DNA from: Candidatus Hydrogenedentota bacterium
GTDB taxonomy: Bacteria; Hydrogenedentota; Hydrogenedentia; Hydrogenedentales; CAITNO01
Length of the DNA: 64,000 bases
Reading direction: 5' to 3'
Assembly: GCA_903893795.1 (NCBI GenBank)
Contig: CAITNO010000046.1
Location: 3,807-67,806, forward strand
In this document: positions 1 to 9,871 of the stretch, in pieces
Numbering within the stretch: position 1 is the first letter of the stretch
How the letters are laid out: every line of letters begins with the position of its first letter
Notes under the pieces: model-generated
What the model saw: the letters and a program-made list of their open reading frames with translations, nothing else
Databases searched by the model: none
What the model was told of the DNA's origin: nothing
Translations under genes and position numbers: made by a program

Positions 1-115
1 TGGGAGCAATCCCCTAAAGGGTCCTGGTAGACCACCAGGTCGATAGGCAGGAGGTGTAAGCACCGCGAGGTGTTCAGCTGACCTGTACTAATCACCCGTG
101 AGGCTTGGTCTTATG
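1..115 (+). rRNA. rrl: 23S ribosomal RNA, 3' terminal fragment (gene begins upstream of the window)
   Basis: Window start aligns with the conserved 23S 3' end (…ggtcgataggc…gtgtaagc…gtactaat…cgtgaggctt…). The six-frame ORFs overlapping it have nonsense composition. Confidence 0.8.
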
Positions 116-257
116 CACTTATGGGACCTTCATGGTCCCCCCGAACTTGAGTAAAGTGTAGTCTGTGTTTAGTGTTCTTCCTCGCATTCTCTGTCAAAAC
201 TAAATTTGAATCTGTCCCGCCGCCCCGAAAGGGGGGGCAACGGCAGAATTCCAGTTT

Positions 258-375
258 TGCCGGCGGCTTTAGCGACAGGGCCCCACCCGTTCCCATTCCG
301 AACACGGCAGTTAAGCCTGTCTGCGCCCATGGTACTGCAGGGGCAACCTTGTGGAAGAGTAGGTCGTCGCCGGCT
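258..375 (+). rRNA. rrf: 5S ribosomal RNA
   Basis: About 118 nt carrying canonical 5S blocks (tgccggcggc…cccacccgttcccattccgaacacgg…gtactg…gagagtaggtcg…gccggc). Terminal helix pairs 5' tgccggcgg with 3' cgccggc. Lies 143 nt after the 23S end, the usual spacer position. Confidence 0.85.
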
Positions 376-385
376 CTATATTTCA

Positions 386-428
386 GCGCCCCGCGCTTCA
401 AACGAAGCGCGGGGCGTTCGTTATTGGA
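386..428 (+). terminator. Intrinsic terminator of the rRNA operon
   Basis: GC-rich hairpin gcgccccgcgcttc/gaagcgcggggcg directly after the 5S rRNA, followed by a T-containing tract. Confidence 0.55.
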
Positions 429-829
429 CCCCGTGCGACCGGCCGGGATCGGGCAGCCACGGCGGTTGCAATATGACGCCCGCAAGTCTTTGCAAGAAGC
501 GCCGGTTCTTTCCTGTGTGGGGCAGACATTCCTGTCTGCCGAATTTCCCTCCAGATTCTGGGTGCTTTGGCTGCGGCTGTGTTGCGCCAAGGAAAAGAGC
601 ATTTAACATTGGCAACGAAACCCCGTGCTGGCCTATGATGTCATCCAGATTTGACATGAAGGCAAGGAGGTTCTTCCGTGTGCTCCCAAGTTGGTGTCCT
701 GCTCAGGCGTGCCATCTTTCTATGCGTTGTCAGCATGTCCTTCACACAGGCCGTCCAGGCCTGCGGCCCGTGGTTTCCACAAGATTTCTTTGTGTATGGC
801 GGCCGCGATTACAAAAAGATGCCGCCTGC

Positions 830-2920
830 ATGGTTTCCTATGAGCTGTATCAGCTGAACGGCATTGCGGCGGCTCCCTATGTGGCGCCCCCGCCGGCAAA
901 TTCCTGTGACCTTACAGTGGACACGGAACTGGCGCAACTGGAAGCGGCGCTTCATGCGACCGGCAGGCCGGAAGCGGACCTTGCGGAAGTTCTGGAAGGT
1001 TATCGCACACTGCGCTGCGCGATGCGTGAACCGATAAGGCAACGCAAAGATTGGGAAGCACGCTTGAAGAAATATGAGGAGAACCGGCCCGATTACAGCG
1101 ACTGGCCCGGTCCCGCACCCGACGACCCACCGGTCTTCGACCTCACCCCGTACGAAACGCTTCTCACACGGCTCCCAGAGGAGTTTTCCCTCTACGCCCG
1201 CGGCGCGGCAGCGTATAGGGGCCGGGCGCATGAACAGGCGCTTCCCTTCTTTGAGGAAATCGAGTCCCTCCCCCCCGTTAACCGTTCTTACGTGGACTTG
1301 GCAGCTTCCTATATGCTCGGCATGACCTGTCTGCACCTGAAGCAGTATGATCGCGCCCTTGCCGCCTATGACCGTGTGGAGAAAATGGTCAAGGATGGGG
1401 TTCCGGATCCTGCAGGATTGGCGTCCACGGTGGCCGGATGGAAGGGAAGAGTCCATTATGAACGGGAAGAGTGGGCCGCCGCCGCAAAGTATTACCTCAA
1501 GGTGTGCGGCTCGGGAAACCGCGAGGAGCAAACGGCAGCTCTCTTATCCCTTCGGTGGACCTTCTCCAAGATTGACGCAAAGAAACATGCCGAGCAACTG
1601 GAAGTTATTCTGGCTGATGAGGACGTGCGCAAGGCACTCCTCGCTTGGTGCCTCGTGAATCCATTTGATGGACGGGAAATCAGCAGATGGCTCATTCCCC
1701 GATTGGAATTGCTGCCGGGTCCGCTGCCCTATGCCGAGCGTATTGCCTGGCTGGCATACAACGAAAACGACATGAAGGGTGCCAAACGCTGGGCGGATTT
1801 GGCCGAACCCGGGTCGGTGCTGGCATCCTGGGTGCGCGCCAAAGTGTTTCTGCATGACGGGGATATGGATGCGGCGATTAAAGCCTTATCGCAGGTAGTT
1901 GAAAAGACCAAAGCAGACAGCAGGGAAAAAGACTCAAAGGCACCTGTCTGGCAAGTTTATGCGCAAACGAATGGCGACGGAAACATAGGGCCCGTCCCGC
2001 TTGACCTTGCGGAACGCGCCCAGGCCGAATTATCTGCCTATTGGGTTGTCAAGAAGCCCAAAAACCCAGAAGAATGGATCCTCGCGTTTGAGAATCTTTC
2101 GTGGCACGACAGAATGCACCTCGCAGAACGCGTAATGAAAACTGAGGAACTGTGCAAGTATGTCCGCCTGCACTTTCCGCCAAACAAAGAGGCTAATACT
2201 CTCGACTTTCAGAATACACAACAGCTTCGGGAGGTATTGGGCCGACGTCTTGTACGCGAAGGAAGGATAGAGGAGGCCGCAGAGTTCTTCAGAGACCCCG
2301 CAAGAGAATCCGGGCTTCGTCTCGTTGAGGCCCTTCGGGAAGGGAGAAACGCATCGAACTCTCCCAGGGAGCGCGCCGCACGCCTCCTGGAGGCGGCGCG
2401 CCTTACACGTGAAGAGGTGCCCTATGAAACCTTCCTTTATCCCGACTGGGACTATGGCGCAGGCTTCTCAGCCTATTTGTATTCGTGCCGCACGGGTTCG
2501 GATATTGACAAAGACGCAGTCGTAACAGGGCCAGACAGACGTTTCAACGAGAGATTTATCGCCGCGGACCTGATGTGGGAGGCGGCCGCACTGTTGCCGG
2601 ACAACGACCCTCTGACGGCCGAGGCGCTCTACGAGGGCGGTTTTCCAATCAAATATGACGACCCTAAGGCCGCGGACAGATTCTACAAGGCGCTGGTGCG
2701 GCGTAATCCGAACCTGGCCATTGCCCAAGAGGCCAAGAGACTGCATTGGTTTCCCCGTGAGTTTAACGACCGCGTTCTGTACACGCCTCTCCCACACCGA
2801 TTCTTTACGCGAAAACGTGCCGAAATGATAGTGGCAGTGGCTGCCGCGCTGGCTGCGTTTGGCATCGCGGAAACCATTTTGGCCAAACGCAAGCGGCGCA
2901 AGCGCATTTCTCCGGAGTGA
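830..2920 (+). CDS. Hypothetical protein with C-terminal transmembrane anchor (mostly alpha-helical, TPR-like)
   Basis: Long ORF 206..2920. The first ~200 codons overlap the 5S rRNA and have non-protein-like R/C/W-rich composition. Protein-like sequence starts at ATG 830 (MVSYELYQLNG…). C-terminal hydrophobic helix followed by a KRKRRKR stop-transfer-like tail. Confidence 0.5.
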   Translation: MVSYELYQLNGIAAAPYVAPPPANSCDLTVDTELAQLEAALHATGRPEADLAEVLEGYRTLRCAMREPIRQRKDWEARLKKYEENRPDYSDWPGPAPDDPPVFDLTPYETLLTRLPEEFSLYARGAAAYRGRAHEQALPFFEEIESLPPVNRSYVDLAASYMLGMTCLHLKQYDRALAAYDRVEKMVKDGVPDPAGLASTVAGWKGRVHYEREEWAAAAKYYLKVCGSGNREEQTAALLSLRWTFSKIDAKKHAEQLEVILADEDVRKALLAWCLVNPFDGREISRWLIPRLELLPGPLPYAERIAWLAYNENDMKGAKRWADLAEPGSVLASWVRAKVFLHDGDMDAAIKALSQVVEKTKADSREKDSKAPVWQVYAQTNGDGNIGPVPLDLAERAQAELSAYWVVKKPKNPEEWILAFENLSWHDRMHLAERVMKTEELCKYVRLHFPPNKEANTLDFQNTQQLREVLGRRLVREGRIEEAAEFFRDPARESGLRLVEALREGRNASNSPRERAARLLEAARLTREEVPYETFLYPDWDYGAGFSAYLYSCRTGSDIDKDAVVTGPDRRFNERFIAADLMWEAAALLPDNDPLTAEALYEGGFPIKYDDPKAADRFYKALVRRNPNLAIAQEAKRLHWFPREFNDRVLYTPLPHRFFTRKRAEMIVAVAAALAAFGIAETILAKRKRRKRISPE

Positions 2921-2976
2921 CCGCCCCAAAATCACGACAAGTAATGCCCCTGGCGAGAAGTTTCTGGCATAGCCGC

Positions 2977-4101
2977 TCAGTTGGGGATGCCCACACATTC
3001 CAGGCCCAGCGCACGGGCAACGGGCTCGCAGCTTATCACACTGCGGTGCTGACCTTCCGGGAGGTACAGGTTGACGCCCCTGCACAGCTCGGCCGACCGG
3101 GCCGCGGCCCGGTCAAATCCCAGGGAGGCCAACTGCTGCAGCCAGGGGAGTGTGGCATGGGCGAGGGCCTGCGTGCTGGTGCGCGGCACGGCCCCGGGCA
3201 TATTGGGCACGCAGTAGTGAATCACATCGTGGACACGATAGGTGGGATGTTCGTGCGTGGTGGGCCTGCACGTGGCCACGCATCCGCCCTGGTCTACCGA
3301 GATGTCAATGACGACGGAGCCGGGCCGCATCTCGGCAATCATGTCCTCTGTCACCAACTGCGGTGCCTTTGAACCGGGAACCAGCACCGCGCCGATGACC
3401 GCATCGGCTCCCGTGACGCTCTTGTGAATGCTCTCCGGGTCGGAATAGACCGTGCTTATGCGGCCGCCGTAGACCTCGTCGATGTGGGAAAGCTTGCGGC
3501 TGTCGATGTCCAGAACGGTCACCCGCGCGCCCATTCCATGGGCCACGCGGGCCGCGTTGATGCCCGCGCACCCGCCGCCGATCACCGTCACGGTGGCCGG
3601 TTCGGCCCCGGAGGCCCCCGACAGCAGGATGCCGCGCCCGCCCGCCTCGCGTTCCAGAAGGCGCGCCGCTATCTGCACGGACATTCTTCCCGCAATCTCG
3701 CTCATGGGCACCAGGCAGGGAAGATAGCCGTCATCGGATTGAATGGTTTCCAGGGCGACGGCGTTCACGCCCGCCTCCAGCAGGCAGGCAGTGAGTTCCG
3801 GAAGGGGGGCCAGATGCAGGTAGCAGAAGAGAATCTGTCCTTTCCGCAGCAGGGGCACCTCCTCCATCAGCGGTTCCTTGACCTTGCAGATCAGTTCTGC
3901 CCGGGCATAAACCTCCCTCGCGCCGGGCACGATGCGCGCGCCAGCGTGCTGATACTCGGCGTCGGGATAGCCTGCCCCGTCGCCCGCGCCCTGTTGAATG
4001 ACCACCTCATGGCCCTGCTGAACCAGGCTGAGCACCCCGGCTGGGACCATGCCCACCCGGTGTTCCTGCGCTTTAATCTCCTTGGGTACGCCGATAATCA
4101 T
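2977..4101 (-). CDS. ald: Alanine dehydrogenase
   Basis: N-terminus MIIGVPKEIKAQEHRVGMVP and Rossmann GGG.AG motif (VTVIGGGCAGINAA) are typical of AlaDH/PNT family alanine dehydrogenase. Length 374 aa. Confidence 0.85.
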   Translation of the reverse strand: MIIGVPKEIKAQEHRVGMVPAGVLSLVQQGHEVVIQQGAGDGAGYPDAEYQHAGARIVPGAREVYARAELICKVKEPLMEEVPLLRKGQILFCYLHLAPLPELTACLLEAGVNAVALETIQSDDGYLPCLVPMSEIAGRMSVQIAARLLEREAGGRGILLSGASGAEPATVTVIGGGCAGINAARVAHGMGARVTVLDIDSRKLSHIDEVYGGRISTVYSDPESIHKSVTGADAVIGAVLVPGSKAPQLVTEDMIAEMRPGSVVIDISVDQGGCVATCRPTTHEHPTYRVHDVIHYCVPNMPGAVPRTSTQALAHATLPWLQQLASLGFDRAAARSAELCRGVNLYLPEGQHRSVISCEPVARALGLECVGIPN

Positions 4102-4110
4102 GTCTTCCTC

Positions 4111-4398
4111 CTAATTCAGGCTGCTGTCCGGTGTTGCAGTCGGTTGTTTCCTATTTGACAGAACACCGTCAAGAAACCACGATTCCCTGTGTTTACCCCG
4201 GTCTTCCCCGCCAACGAGGAAAATGCGGTTGTCCATGCGCGCCAAGCCATAGTCGATAATCCCCTTGGGCAGGGGGTTGCCGCAGAAATACCGGTTGGTG
4301 GCGGTGTCGTAAACGAGGGATTGGACGGCCCCTTTTCGACCATGTCGCCAGTCGTTTTTGCACGTATTCCTTTGGTGCGCGCTCAGGACGCCAAGCAA
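4111..4398 (-). pseudogene. Short ORF with Kelch/mutarotase-like repeat fragment; possible gene remnant upstream of ald
   Basis: Translation contains a single Kelch-like blade (VYDTATNRYFCGNPLPKGIIDYGLARMDNRIFLVGGED). At 95 aa it is too short for a propeller. Confidence 0.2.
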
Positions 4399-4533
4399 TA
4401 TGTTCTATTCACCGAACTGCCAGGACAATTGAATTAAGGAATGGAAAGGGGCGCGATGACAGTATTCGGTCTTTCGGACGCTGTCCATTGACTCTATTCT
4501 CAGCCATTGGACCACTGGCCCGGTGGGCAAGAC

Positions 4534-4568
4534 AAAACGGCACCTGACCCAAAGGACAAGTGCCGTTC
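4534..4568 (-). terminator. Hairpin downstream of the MaoC-like gene
   Basis: aacggcac…gtgccgtt inverted repeat just 3' of the minus-strand CDS ending at 4595. Confidence 0.35.
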
Positions 4569-4594
4569 GAAAAGACTGTAATTGAAACTTTTCT

Positions 4595-5518
4595 TTAGCC
4601 GAGCAGCGTGTCGTCTGCGCTGGCGGGACGCAGTGAGCCCACGATTACCGGCCGCTCATTCCCGCTGCAGTAGAGGTCAAAACGGTGCGATTCGCCCTCG
4701 GAGCGCGCCTTCATCGTGGCACGACTGCCGAGAAACACGGGGCCTTTGAACGCGGCATCGAGCTGCACGGGACGGGACGGGTCAATGGCGGGCAGATTTG
4801 CGGTGCAGCGCGCCAGCGACCACATGCCGTGCACCAGATGCCTGGGGAATCCAAAAAGTTTTGCCAGCGTCTTGCGCAGGTGAATGGGATTGTAGTCCCC
4901 GCAAACCTTGGCATAACGGCGGCCCATGTTCTCGGGCACCTCCCATGCGGCTTCGCGGTTGGGCTGTTCCAACTCGGGCAGGGCCGCAACCGGGGAGGGG
5001 CCGCCTGTTTCGCCAAAATGTTTGCCCCGTACCAGGTAGGTACTGGTGCACTCCCAGAGGTTGGCCCCATCCTTTTCCGCCCAACTGTTCACCCAGAACT
5101 CCAGTCCGGCCTTGATCACCCGCTGTCCGGCCACGGCGCAGTGCAGGTCAAATGCCTCATTTTCCGCGATGGCCCGGCGCTGCAAAATGCTGTTGCGCGC
5201 ATGCACGGCACCCAGCGGTGATATGGGAAACTGGGAAGAGGCCATGAACATCATGTGAATCCGCGACACCATCACGTAGGGATAAAGGATGGGCAGATTC
5301 TCTCCGGACGGAAGGCCGCAGACTTCGCGGTAGGCGGCGACGAGCGCACGGGTTTCCCCGGCGCCACGCCACACGGCTGAAAGTGCCGGGAGGCTTTGGC
5401 CCGCCTTGAAGCGGGTCTTTCCCTTGGTGAACACCTTTATATATACCGGCAACATGGGCGGTTTAGCGGTGAATTCAAGTTTCTGTGGTGTCTTGACGGT
5501 GTTGCAACAATCGGCCAT
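4595..5518 (-). CDS. MaoC-like (R)-specific enoyl-CoA hydratase/dehydratase, double hotdog fold
   Basis: Hotdog dehydratase signature YAKVCGDYNPIHL; ~300 aa, consistent with N-terminal and C-terminal hotdog halves. Confidence 0.7.
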   Translation of the reverse strand: MADCCNTVKTPQKLEFTAKPPMLPVYIKVFTKGKTRFKAGQSLPALSAVWRGAGETRALVAAYREVCGLPSGENLPILYPYVMVSRIHMMFMASSQFPISPLGAVHARNSILQRRAIAENEAFDLHCAVAGQRVIKAGLEFWVNSWAEKDGANLWECTSTYLVRGKHFGETGGPSPVAALPELEQPNREAAWEVPENMGRRYAKVCGDYNPIHLRKTLAKLFGFPRHLVHGMWSLARCTANLPAIDPSRPVQLDAAFKGPVFLGSRATMKARSEGESHRFDLYCSGNERPVIVGSLRPASADDTLLG

Positions 5519-5559
5519 GGGGTTACTCCTTCGAAGAGGGGGATTACGGGGATTTCACA

Positions 5560-5906
5560 GTATAATAGCAACTTTAGAGCACCTGACTCAAACGTTTGGC
5601 AACAGTCTTTTCAACAGTCAATTTTCGTGGCGACGTGTTTGCATGGAAGCCATGGCATTTGTTATAGTTGCGGCTGTTCGGAGGAAACTTCGAACGCGCG
5701 TCGAAGACAGCCGGTGGCCTTTTGAGCCTTAATATCCTGCCGAGAACGCGGACAGAGCAGACCTTTGCGGGTTTGCGCCATCGTCAAAACGGTGATGTCC
5801 CGTGCTGTCCCAACGGCACGGGATTTTTTAATTTCCGGCATCCGCCACGGCGGGGCCGGGGCCGCGTGAAAGCGCGGTACTCCACTTCGAGAGGAGGTGA
5901 ACGCAC
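5560..5906 (+). promoter_or_regulatory. rplJ leader region (L10(L12)4 autoregulatory leader) with attenuator hairpin at 5799-5834
   Basis: ~350-nt untranslated region before rplJ. Hairpin cccgtgc…gcacggg followed by attttttaattt resembles the classical rplJL leader attenuator. SD gaggagg lies 8 nt before the TTG start. Confidence 0.55.
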
Positions 5907-6431
5907 TTGCCAACCAAGGAAAAAATTGAGGCCGTTGCTGAAATGAAGGAACGGCTCGCCAACAACCAGATCGCCATTGCCACGAAGTATGTGGGAATGA
6001 ACGTCTTCCAGGCCACCAACCTGCGCACGAAGCTTCGCGAATGCGGCGTCGAGTTCAAGGTGTACAAAAACACGCTTGCCAGCCGCGCCCTGAACGAGCT
6101 GGGCATGGGAAAGGCCGCCGATTTCATGGAGGGCCCCACGGCGTGGGCGTTCTCGAAGGACCCCGTCGCACCGGCGAAGGTCCTGAAAGATTTCGGCAAA
6201 GAGGTTCCGTTTGTGGTGATGCAGGGCGGTGTGCTCGAGGGCCAGCCGGTGACGGCCGCGCAGCTTGAGGCGCTTGCCAGCCTTCCGCCGCGCGATGTGC
6301 TCATCGCGCAGGTCGTCGGCACCATTGCCATGCCGCTTCGCAATGCCGTCGGCGTGCTCGGCGCGCTGCCGCGCAACCTGGTCAACGCGCTTGACCAGAT
6401 TCGCAAACAGAAAGAGGAGCAGGCCGCGTAA
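5907..6431 (+). CDS. rplJ: 50S ribosomal protein L10
   Basis: TTG start preceded by gaggagg. Sequence PTKEKIEAVAEMKERL…FKVYKNTLA is typical L10. Confidence 0.9.
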   Translation: MPTKEKIEAVAEMKERLANNQIAIATKYVGMNVFQATNLRTKLRECGVEFKVYKNTLASRALNELGMGKAADFMEGPTAWAFSKDPVAPAKVLKDFGKEVPFVVMQGGVLEGQPVTAAQLEALASLPPRDVLIAQVVGTIAMPLRNAVGVLGALPRNLVNALDQIRKQKEEQAA

Positions 6432-6507
6432 GGCCGCGCTCGAACGAACAGTAAACTGAAATTGAAATCACACGCGCCCAAGACGGCGCACGGAGGTTAA
6501 ACAAACC

Positions 6508-6888
6508 ATGTCCGAGAAGCTTGATGCGATTATTGAAAGTGTCGCGAACCTGACCGTCCTCGAGCTCAGCGAGCTTGTGAAAGCCCTTGAAGACAAGTTC
6601 GGCGTCACCGCCGCCGCCCCGATGATGGCTGCCGCCCCGGCCGCCGCCGCCGTTGTGGAAGTGGAAGAGCCGACCGAGTTCAACGTGATCCTGAAGGACT
6701 TCGGCGCCCAGAAGATTGGCGTCATCAAGGTCGTCAAGGACGTCGCCGGCCTGGGCCTGAAGGAAGCCAAGGACCTCGTCGACAAGTCACCGGTCACCGT
6801 GAAGGAAGGCCTGTCCAAGGAAGAGGCCAACAAGTTCAAGGAAGCCCTCGAAGCCGCCGGCGCGACGGTCGAGCTGAAGGGCGTCTAA
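6508..6888 (+). CDS. rplL: 50S ribosomal protein L7/L12
   Basis: [33 protein letters not shown]…, an Ala/Pro hinge, and C-terminal [19 protein letters not shown]…ELKGV are canonical L7/L12. Confidence 0.92.
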   Translation: MSEKLDAIIESVANLTVLELSELVKALEDKFGVTAAAPMMAAAPAAAAVVEVEEPTEFNVILKDFGAQKIGVIKVVKDVAGLGLKEAKDLVDKSPVTVKEGLSKEEANKFKEALEAAGATVELKGV

Positions 6889-6908
6889 TTCCCCTTTGCA
6901 TCTCTCTT

Positions 6909-6955
6909 CGCCGCGCGTTCCGGTTCAGGCCGGGACGCGCGGCGCGTTGTTTTGG
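6909..6955 (+). terminator. Intrinsic terminator after rplL
   Basis: 15-bp near-perfect stem cgccgcgcgttccgg/ccgggacgcgcggcg followed by gttgttttgg. Confidence 0.65.
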
Positions 6956-7050
6956 GGAAGGGTTTGCATGATTTTGACAAGGACAACAGGGACGAACACA
7001 GACGGGCACGGACATACACGGGCTCGGGAGACTCGAAGGGCCGTCTTCTC

Positions 7051-8151
7051 CTACGTCATCGCGACCCCTATTCCGCGTGATTCCGTTGTCTTGTGCGCGC
7101 CCACCTGGCGCTCGGGCATGGGTGACACGGCGCAGTAGAAGTGGTAAAGCTTGCCGTCCTTCACGATGACGGAGGGCTTGTGGGCGTAGAGGGAATCAAT
7201 GCTCCCCGTCGGGCCGACATCAATGAGAATCTTGCCCGACTTGCGCCAGTGGCGCAGGTCCTCGGAAAAGGAGACCGAGTCACGGGCGACACCGTCGCTG
7301 CCGAGGGTGTAGAAAAACATGGTCCAGGTGCCGTCCACCCGCACCACGCCGGGGTCGCTGCAGAAGACGTCGTCAAAGGCGCCCTTGGGACCGACGGGTA
7401 CAACCGGGTTTCCCTCAAAGCGTTTCCAGGTTTTCAGGTCGGTGGAAGCGGCCATGCCAGTCTGTTCTTTCCACGGTTCACCCGCCGTCTTGGCGTTGTA
7501 AAACATGTAGAAGGTGCCGCCCTGCTCGACAATGCTGGACTTGTACAGCCCGCCCCGTTCCCAGGAAGCCGCGTCGTTATCAGAGGCGCGTAGGCAGGGC
7601 GGGTCGAGTGACCATTGGCGCAGGTCGTCGCTCCAGCACAGGCCGATGACGGCCGCACCCGTTTCATAGCCCGGTTTGGGATAGGCGTGGTAGGTGCCCA
7701 GATAACGGCCCTGCACCTTTTTCAGCGTGCCCGGTCCGTAGAGGTCATTGTCGCGGACGATCCAAGTGAGCGCCGCATTGTATTCGGTGACCGAACCCGC
7801 CGGGCCCCGGTCGAGAATCACTCCCTCCTTCTTCCAATGGACCAGGTCGTCCGAGGTGGCCAGTCCGGTGCGGTAGCCCGTGCCGTCAAAACCAATGTGG
7901 ACGAGGTGATAGCGGTCCTCATGGAAGAATGCAAAGGGGCAGTCAATGGCCAGTGCGTCATAGGCGCCCGCCTCATAAGAGGGCGCCAGCACCAGATCGG
8001 GATGCTTCTTCGGTGTGCGCACGCGTGCCAGCAGTTTTGCGTCGGGGTTTTCCGCGGCGCGACCCGGCACCGCCATGCCCAGAAAAGAAGCACCCGCCGC
8101 GAGGAACCCACGGCGGGTGCAAATGCTGCAATCACAAGTTAAACGTTCCAT
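7051..8151 (-). CDS. Secreted glycoside hydrolase-like 5-bladed beta-propeller protein (GH43/GH32/GH130-type), Tat signal
   Basis: N-terminal twin-arginine motif TRRGFLAAGASFL. Repeated blade motifs with conserved Trp (DDLVHWKK, DLKTWKR, DLRHWRK) and FYNA motif. Family assignment is tentative. Confidence 0.5.
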   Translation of the reverse strand: MERLTCDCSICTRRGFLAAGASFLGMAVPGRAAENPDAKLLARVRTPKKHPDLVLAPSYEAGAYDALAIDCPFAFFHEDRYHLVHIGFDGTGYRTGLATSDDLVHWKKEGVILDRGPAGSVTEYNAALTWIVRDNDLYGPGTLKKVQGRYLGTYHAYPKPGYETGAAVIGLCWSDDLRQWSLDPPCLRASDNDAASWERGGLYKSSIVEQGGTFYMFYNAKTAGEPWKEQTGMAASTDLKTWKRFEGNPVVPVGPKGAFDDVFCSDPGVVRVDGTWTMFFYTLGSDGVARDSVSFSEDLRHWRKSGKILIDVGPTGSIDSLYAHKPSVIVKDGKLYHFYCAVSPMPERQVGAHKTTESRGIGVAMT

Positions 8152-8225
8152 GAAATGACTCCTGCTCTCACTCCAGTGTAAGGGCCGGGCAGGAAGCGTT
8201 CAAATCAATAGGACAAGACCCCGGC

Positions 8226-8783
8226 TCAGACGCGCTCGACGTAGCTGCCGGTGCGGGTGTCCACCTTCACATTGTCGCCCTCGTTGATAAAGAGCGGCAC
8301 CTGGATGTTGGCGCCCGTTTCGAGGGTGGCGGGCTTGGTGGCGCCGGAGGAGCGGTCACCCTGGATGCCCGGGTCGGACTTGGTGATGACGAAGACGACA
8401 TGCGCCGGTATCTTGACGCTGATCACGTTGTCGCGGTGGAACACGAGCGTGACGTTGTTGTTTTCCTTCATCCACTTCGAGGCATCGCCGATCACCTTGG
8501 GGCTGACGGCCATCTGCTCGAAGGACTCATTGTCCATGAAGTGAAACATGTCACCATCGCTGTAGAGGTACTGCCACGGGCGCTCCTCAATGCGCGCCTC
8601 CTCGAATTTTTCGCCGGAGCGGAAGGTCTGCTCGAGGACGCGGCCGGTGAGGATGTTCTTGAAGCGGGTGCGCACAAAGGCGCCGCCTTTGCCCGGCTTC
8701 ACGTGCTGGAATTCCACGATTTCCATCAGGTTGCCGTCCATTTCCACCACCACGCCGTTTCTGAAGTCTGCCGTTGAAATCAT
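8226..8783 (-). CDS. efp: Elongation factor P
   Basis: MISTADFRNGVVVEMDGNLMEIVEFQHVKPGKGGAFVRTRFKNILTG… is highly conserved EF-P. 185 aa. Confidence 0.92.
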   Translation of the reverse strand: MISTADFRNGVVVEMDGNLMEIVEFQHVKPGKGGAFVRTRFKNILTGRVLEQTFRSGEKFEEARIEERPWQYLYSDGDMFHFMDNESFEQMAVSPKVIGDASKWMKENNNVTLVFHRDNVISVKIPAHVVFVITKSDPGIQGDRSSGATKPATLETGANIQVPLFINEGDNVKVDTRTGSYVERV

Positions 8784-9859
8784 TTTCCGATCACCTGTAA
8801 GTCTTTTGAAATGCCTGCTGTCAGTATGTCACACCCGTCATCTGTCACCACCACAAGGTCCTCAATCCGCACACCGCCCTGCCCGGGCAGATAGATGCCC
8901 GGCTCAACAGTGACGGCCATTCCAGTGGCGAGCACCGCCTTGGACGGCGCGTTCAACCGGGGATTCTCATGGACCTCAATGCCCACACTATGGCCGGTGC
9001 CATGACCAAACCGGTCACCAAACCCGTTGCGCATGATGAGGTTCCGGGCTGCCGCATCCACCTCGGACGCATTGGCACCGGCGCGCAGGGCGGCCAGGGC
9101 CGCCTGTTGCGCCTGCTGGACGCAAAGATAGATTTCCTCGGCCCAAGCACCCGGAATCCTACCGAAAAAGAAGCTTCTAGTCAAGTCGGAGCAGTATCCG
9201 TCCACCACGCAGCCGCAGTCGATAAGCACAATGTCGCCCAATTCGAGAGGCTTGTCGGTCGGTTCGCCATGGGGCAGGGAACTGCGCGCGCCGAAGAGCG
9301 CGATAGTTTCAAAGGACGTGCGCTGCGCGCCGCGGCGCTTGAATTCATGTTCCAGCAGGGCCGCCGTCTCGCGTTCGGTCACGCCTGCCCGCAGCCCGTC
9401 CACCACGTCGGCCAGGGCCGATTCAGCGATATGGCAGGCGGCGCGTATGCTGGCAATCTCGCCCCCATCCTTGATTTGGCGAAGTTCCTCGACCAGTCCC
9501 GGCGCCGGGGACAGGGTGACGCGCGTCGCCGCAGCGTGCACGGCGGCGTGCTGGCTGAAGGTGATGCGTTCCGGTTCAAACAGGGCCGAGCGGCCGCCCA
9601 GTTTGGTCAGCCATTCGCCCACCCGCGCCTCCATCGCGCCCGGGATTTCCACCACCTCGCAGCCTGCCGCCTGCCGTTGGGCCTGTTCAGTGTACCGAAA
9701 ATCGCAGAGCAGCACGGCGCGGTCCGCCGTCACAAGGACGGCCGAGGTGCTGCCGCGAAATCCGGAGAGATAGGCGTTGGTGGGCGGGTCAAGGCTGAAA
9801 AAGGCGTCGGCGCCCCGTTCAGCGAGCCGCGCGCGCAATGCCTGTATGCGGGTGTCCAT
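8780..9859 (-). CDS. pepP: Xaa-Pro aminopeptidase (M24B family)
   Basis: Creatinase-like N-terminal domain plus M24 metal-ligand motifs (DIVLIDCG…, HGTGHSVGIEVHE, VTVEPGIY). 4-bp overlap with efp. Confidence 0.75.
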   Translation of the reverse strand: MDTRIQALRARLAERGADAFFSLDPPTNAYLSGFRGSTSAVLVTADRAVLLCDFRYTEQAQRQAAGCEVVEIPGAMEARVGEWLTKLGGRSALFEPERITFSQHAAVHAAATRVTLSPAPGLVEELRQIKDGGEIASIRAACHIAESALADVVDGLRAGVTERETAALLEHEFKRRGAQRTSFETIALFGARSSLPHGEPTDKPLELGDIVLIDCGCVVDGYCSDLTRSFFFGRIPGAWAEEIYLCVQQAQQAALAALRAGANASEVDAAARNLIMRNGFGDRFGHGTGHSVGIEVHENPRLNAPSKAVLATGMAVTVEPGIYLPGQGGVRIEDLVVVTDDGCDILTAGISKDLQVIGK

Positions 9860-9871
9860 GTGGGAGAGTTC

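Noticed and set aside
115-258. tRNA genes in the 23S-5S spacer or elsewhere in the window
   Set aside because: No T-loop (GTTCGAATC-like) or cloverleaf-compatible segments found by eye in the spacer or in the larger intergenic regions.
111-657. ORFs 111..602(-), 172..606(+), 421..657(-) and the first ~200 codons of ORF 206..2920
   Set aside because: They overlap the 23S 3' end, the spacer and the 5S rRNA. Translations are Arg/Cys/Trp-rich nonsense. The real CDS starts near 830.
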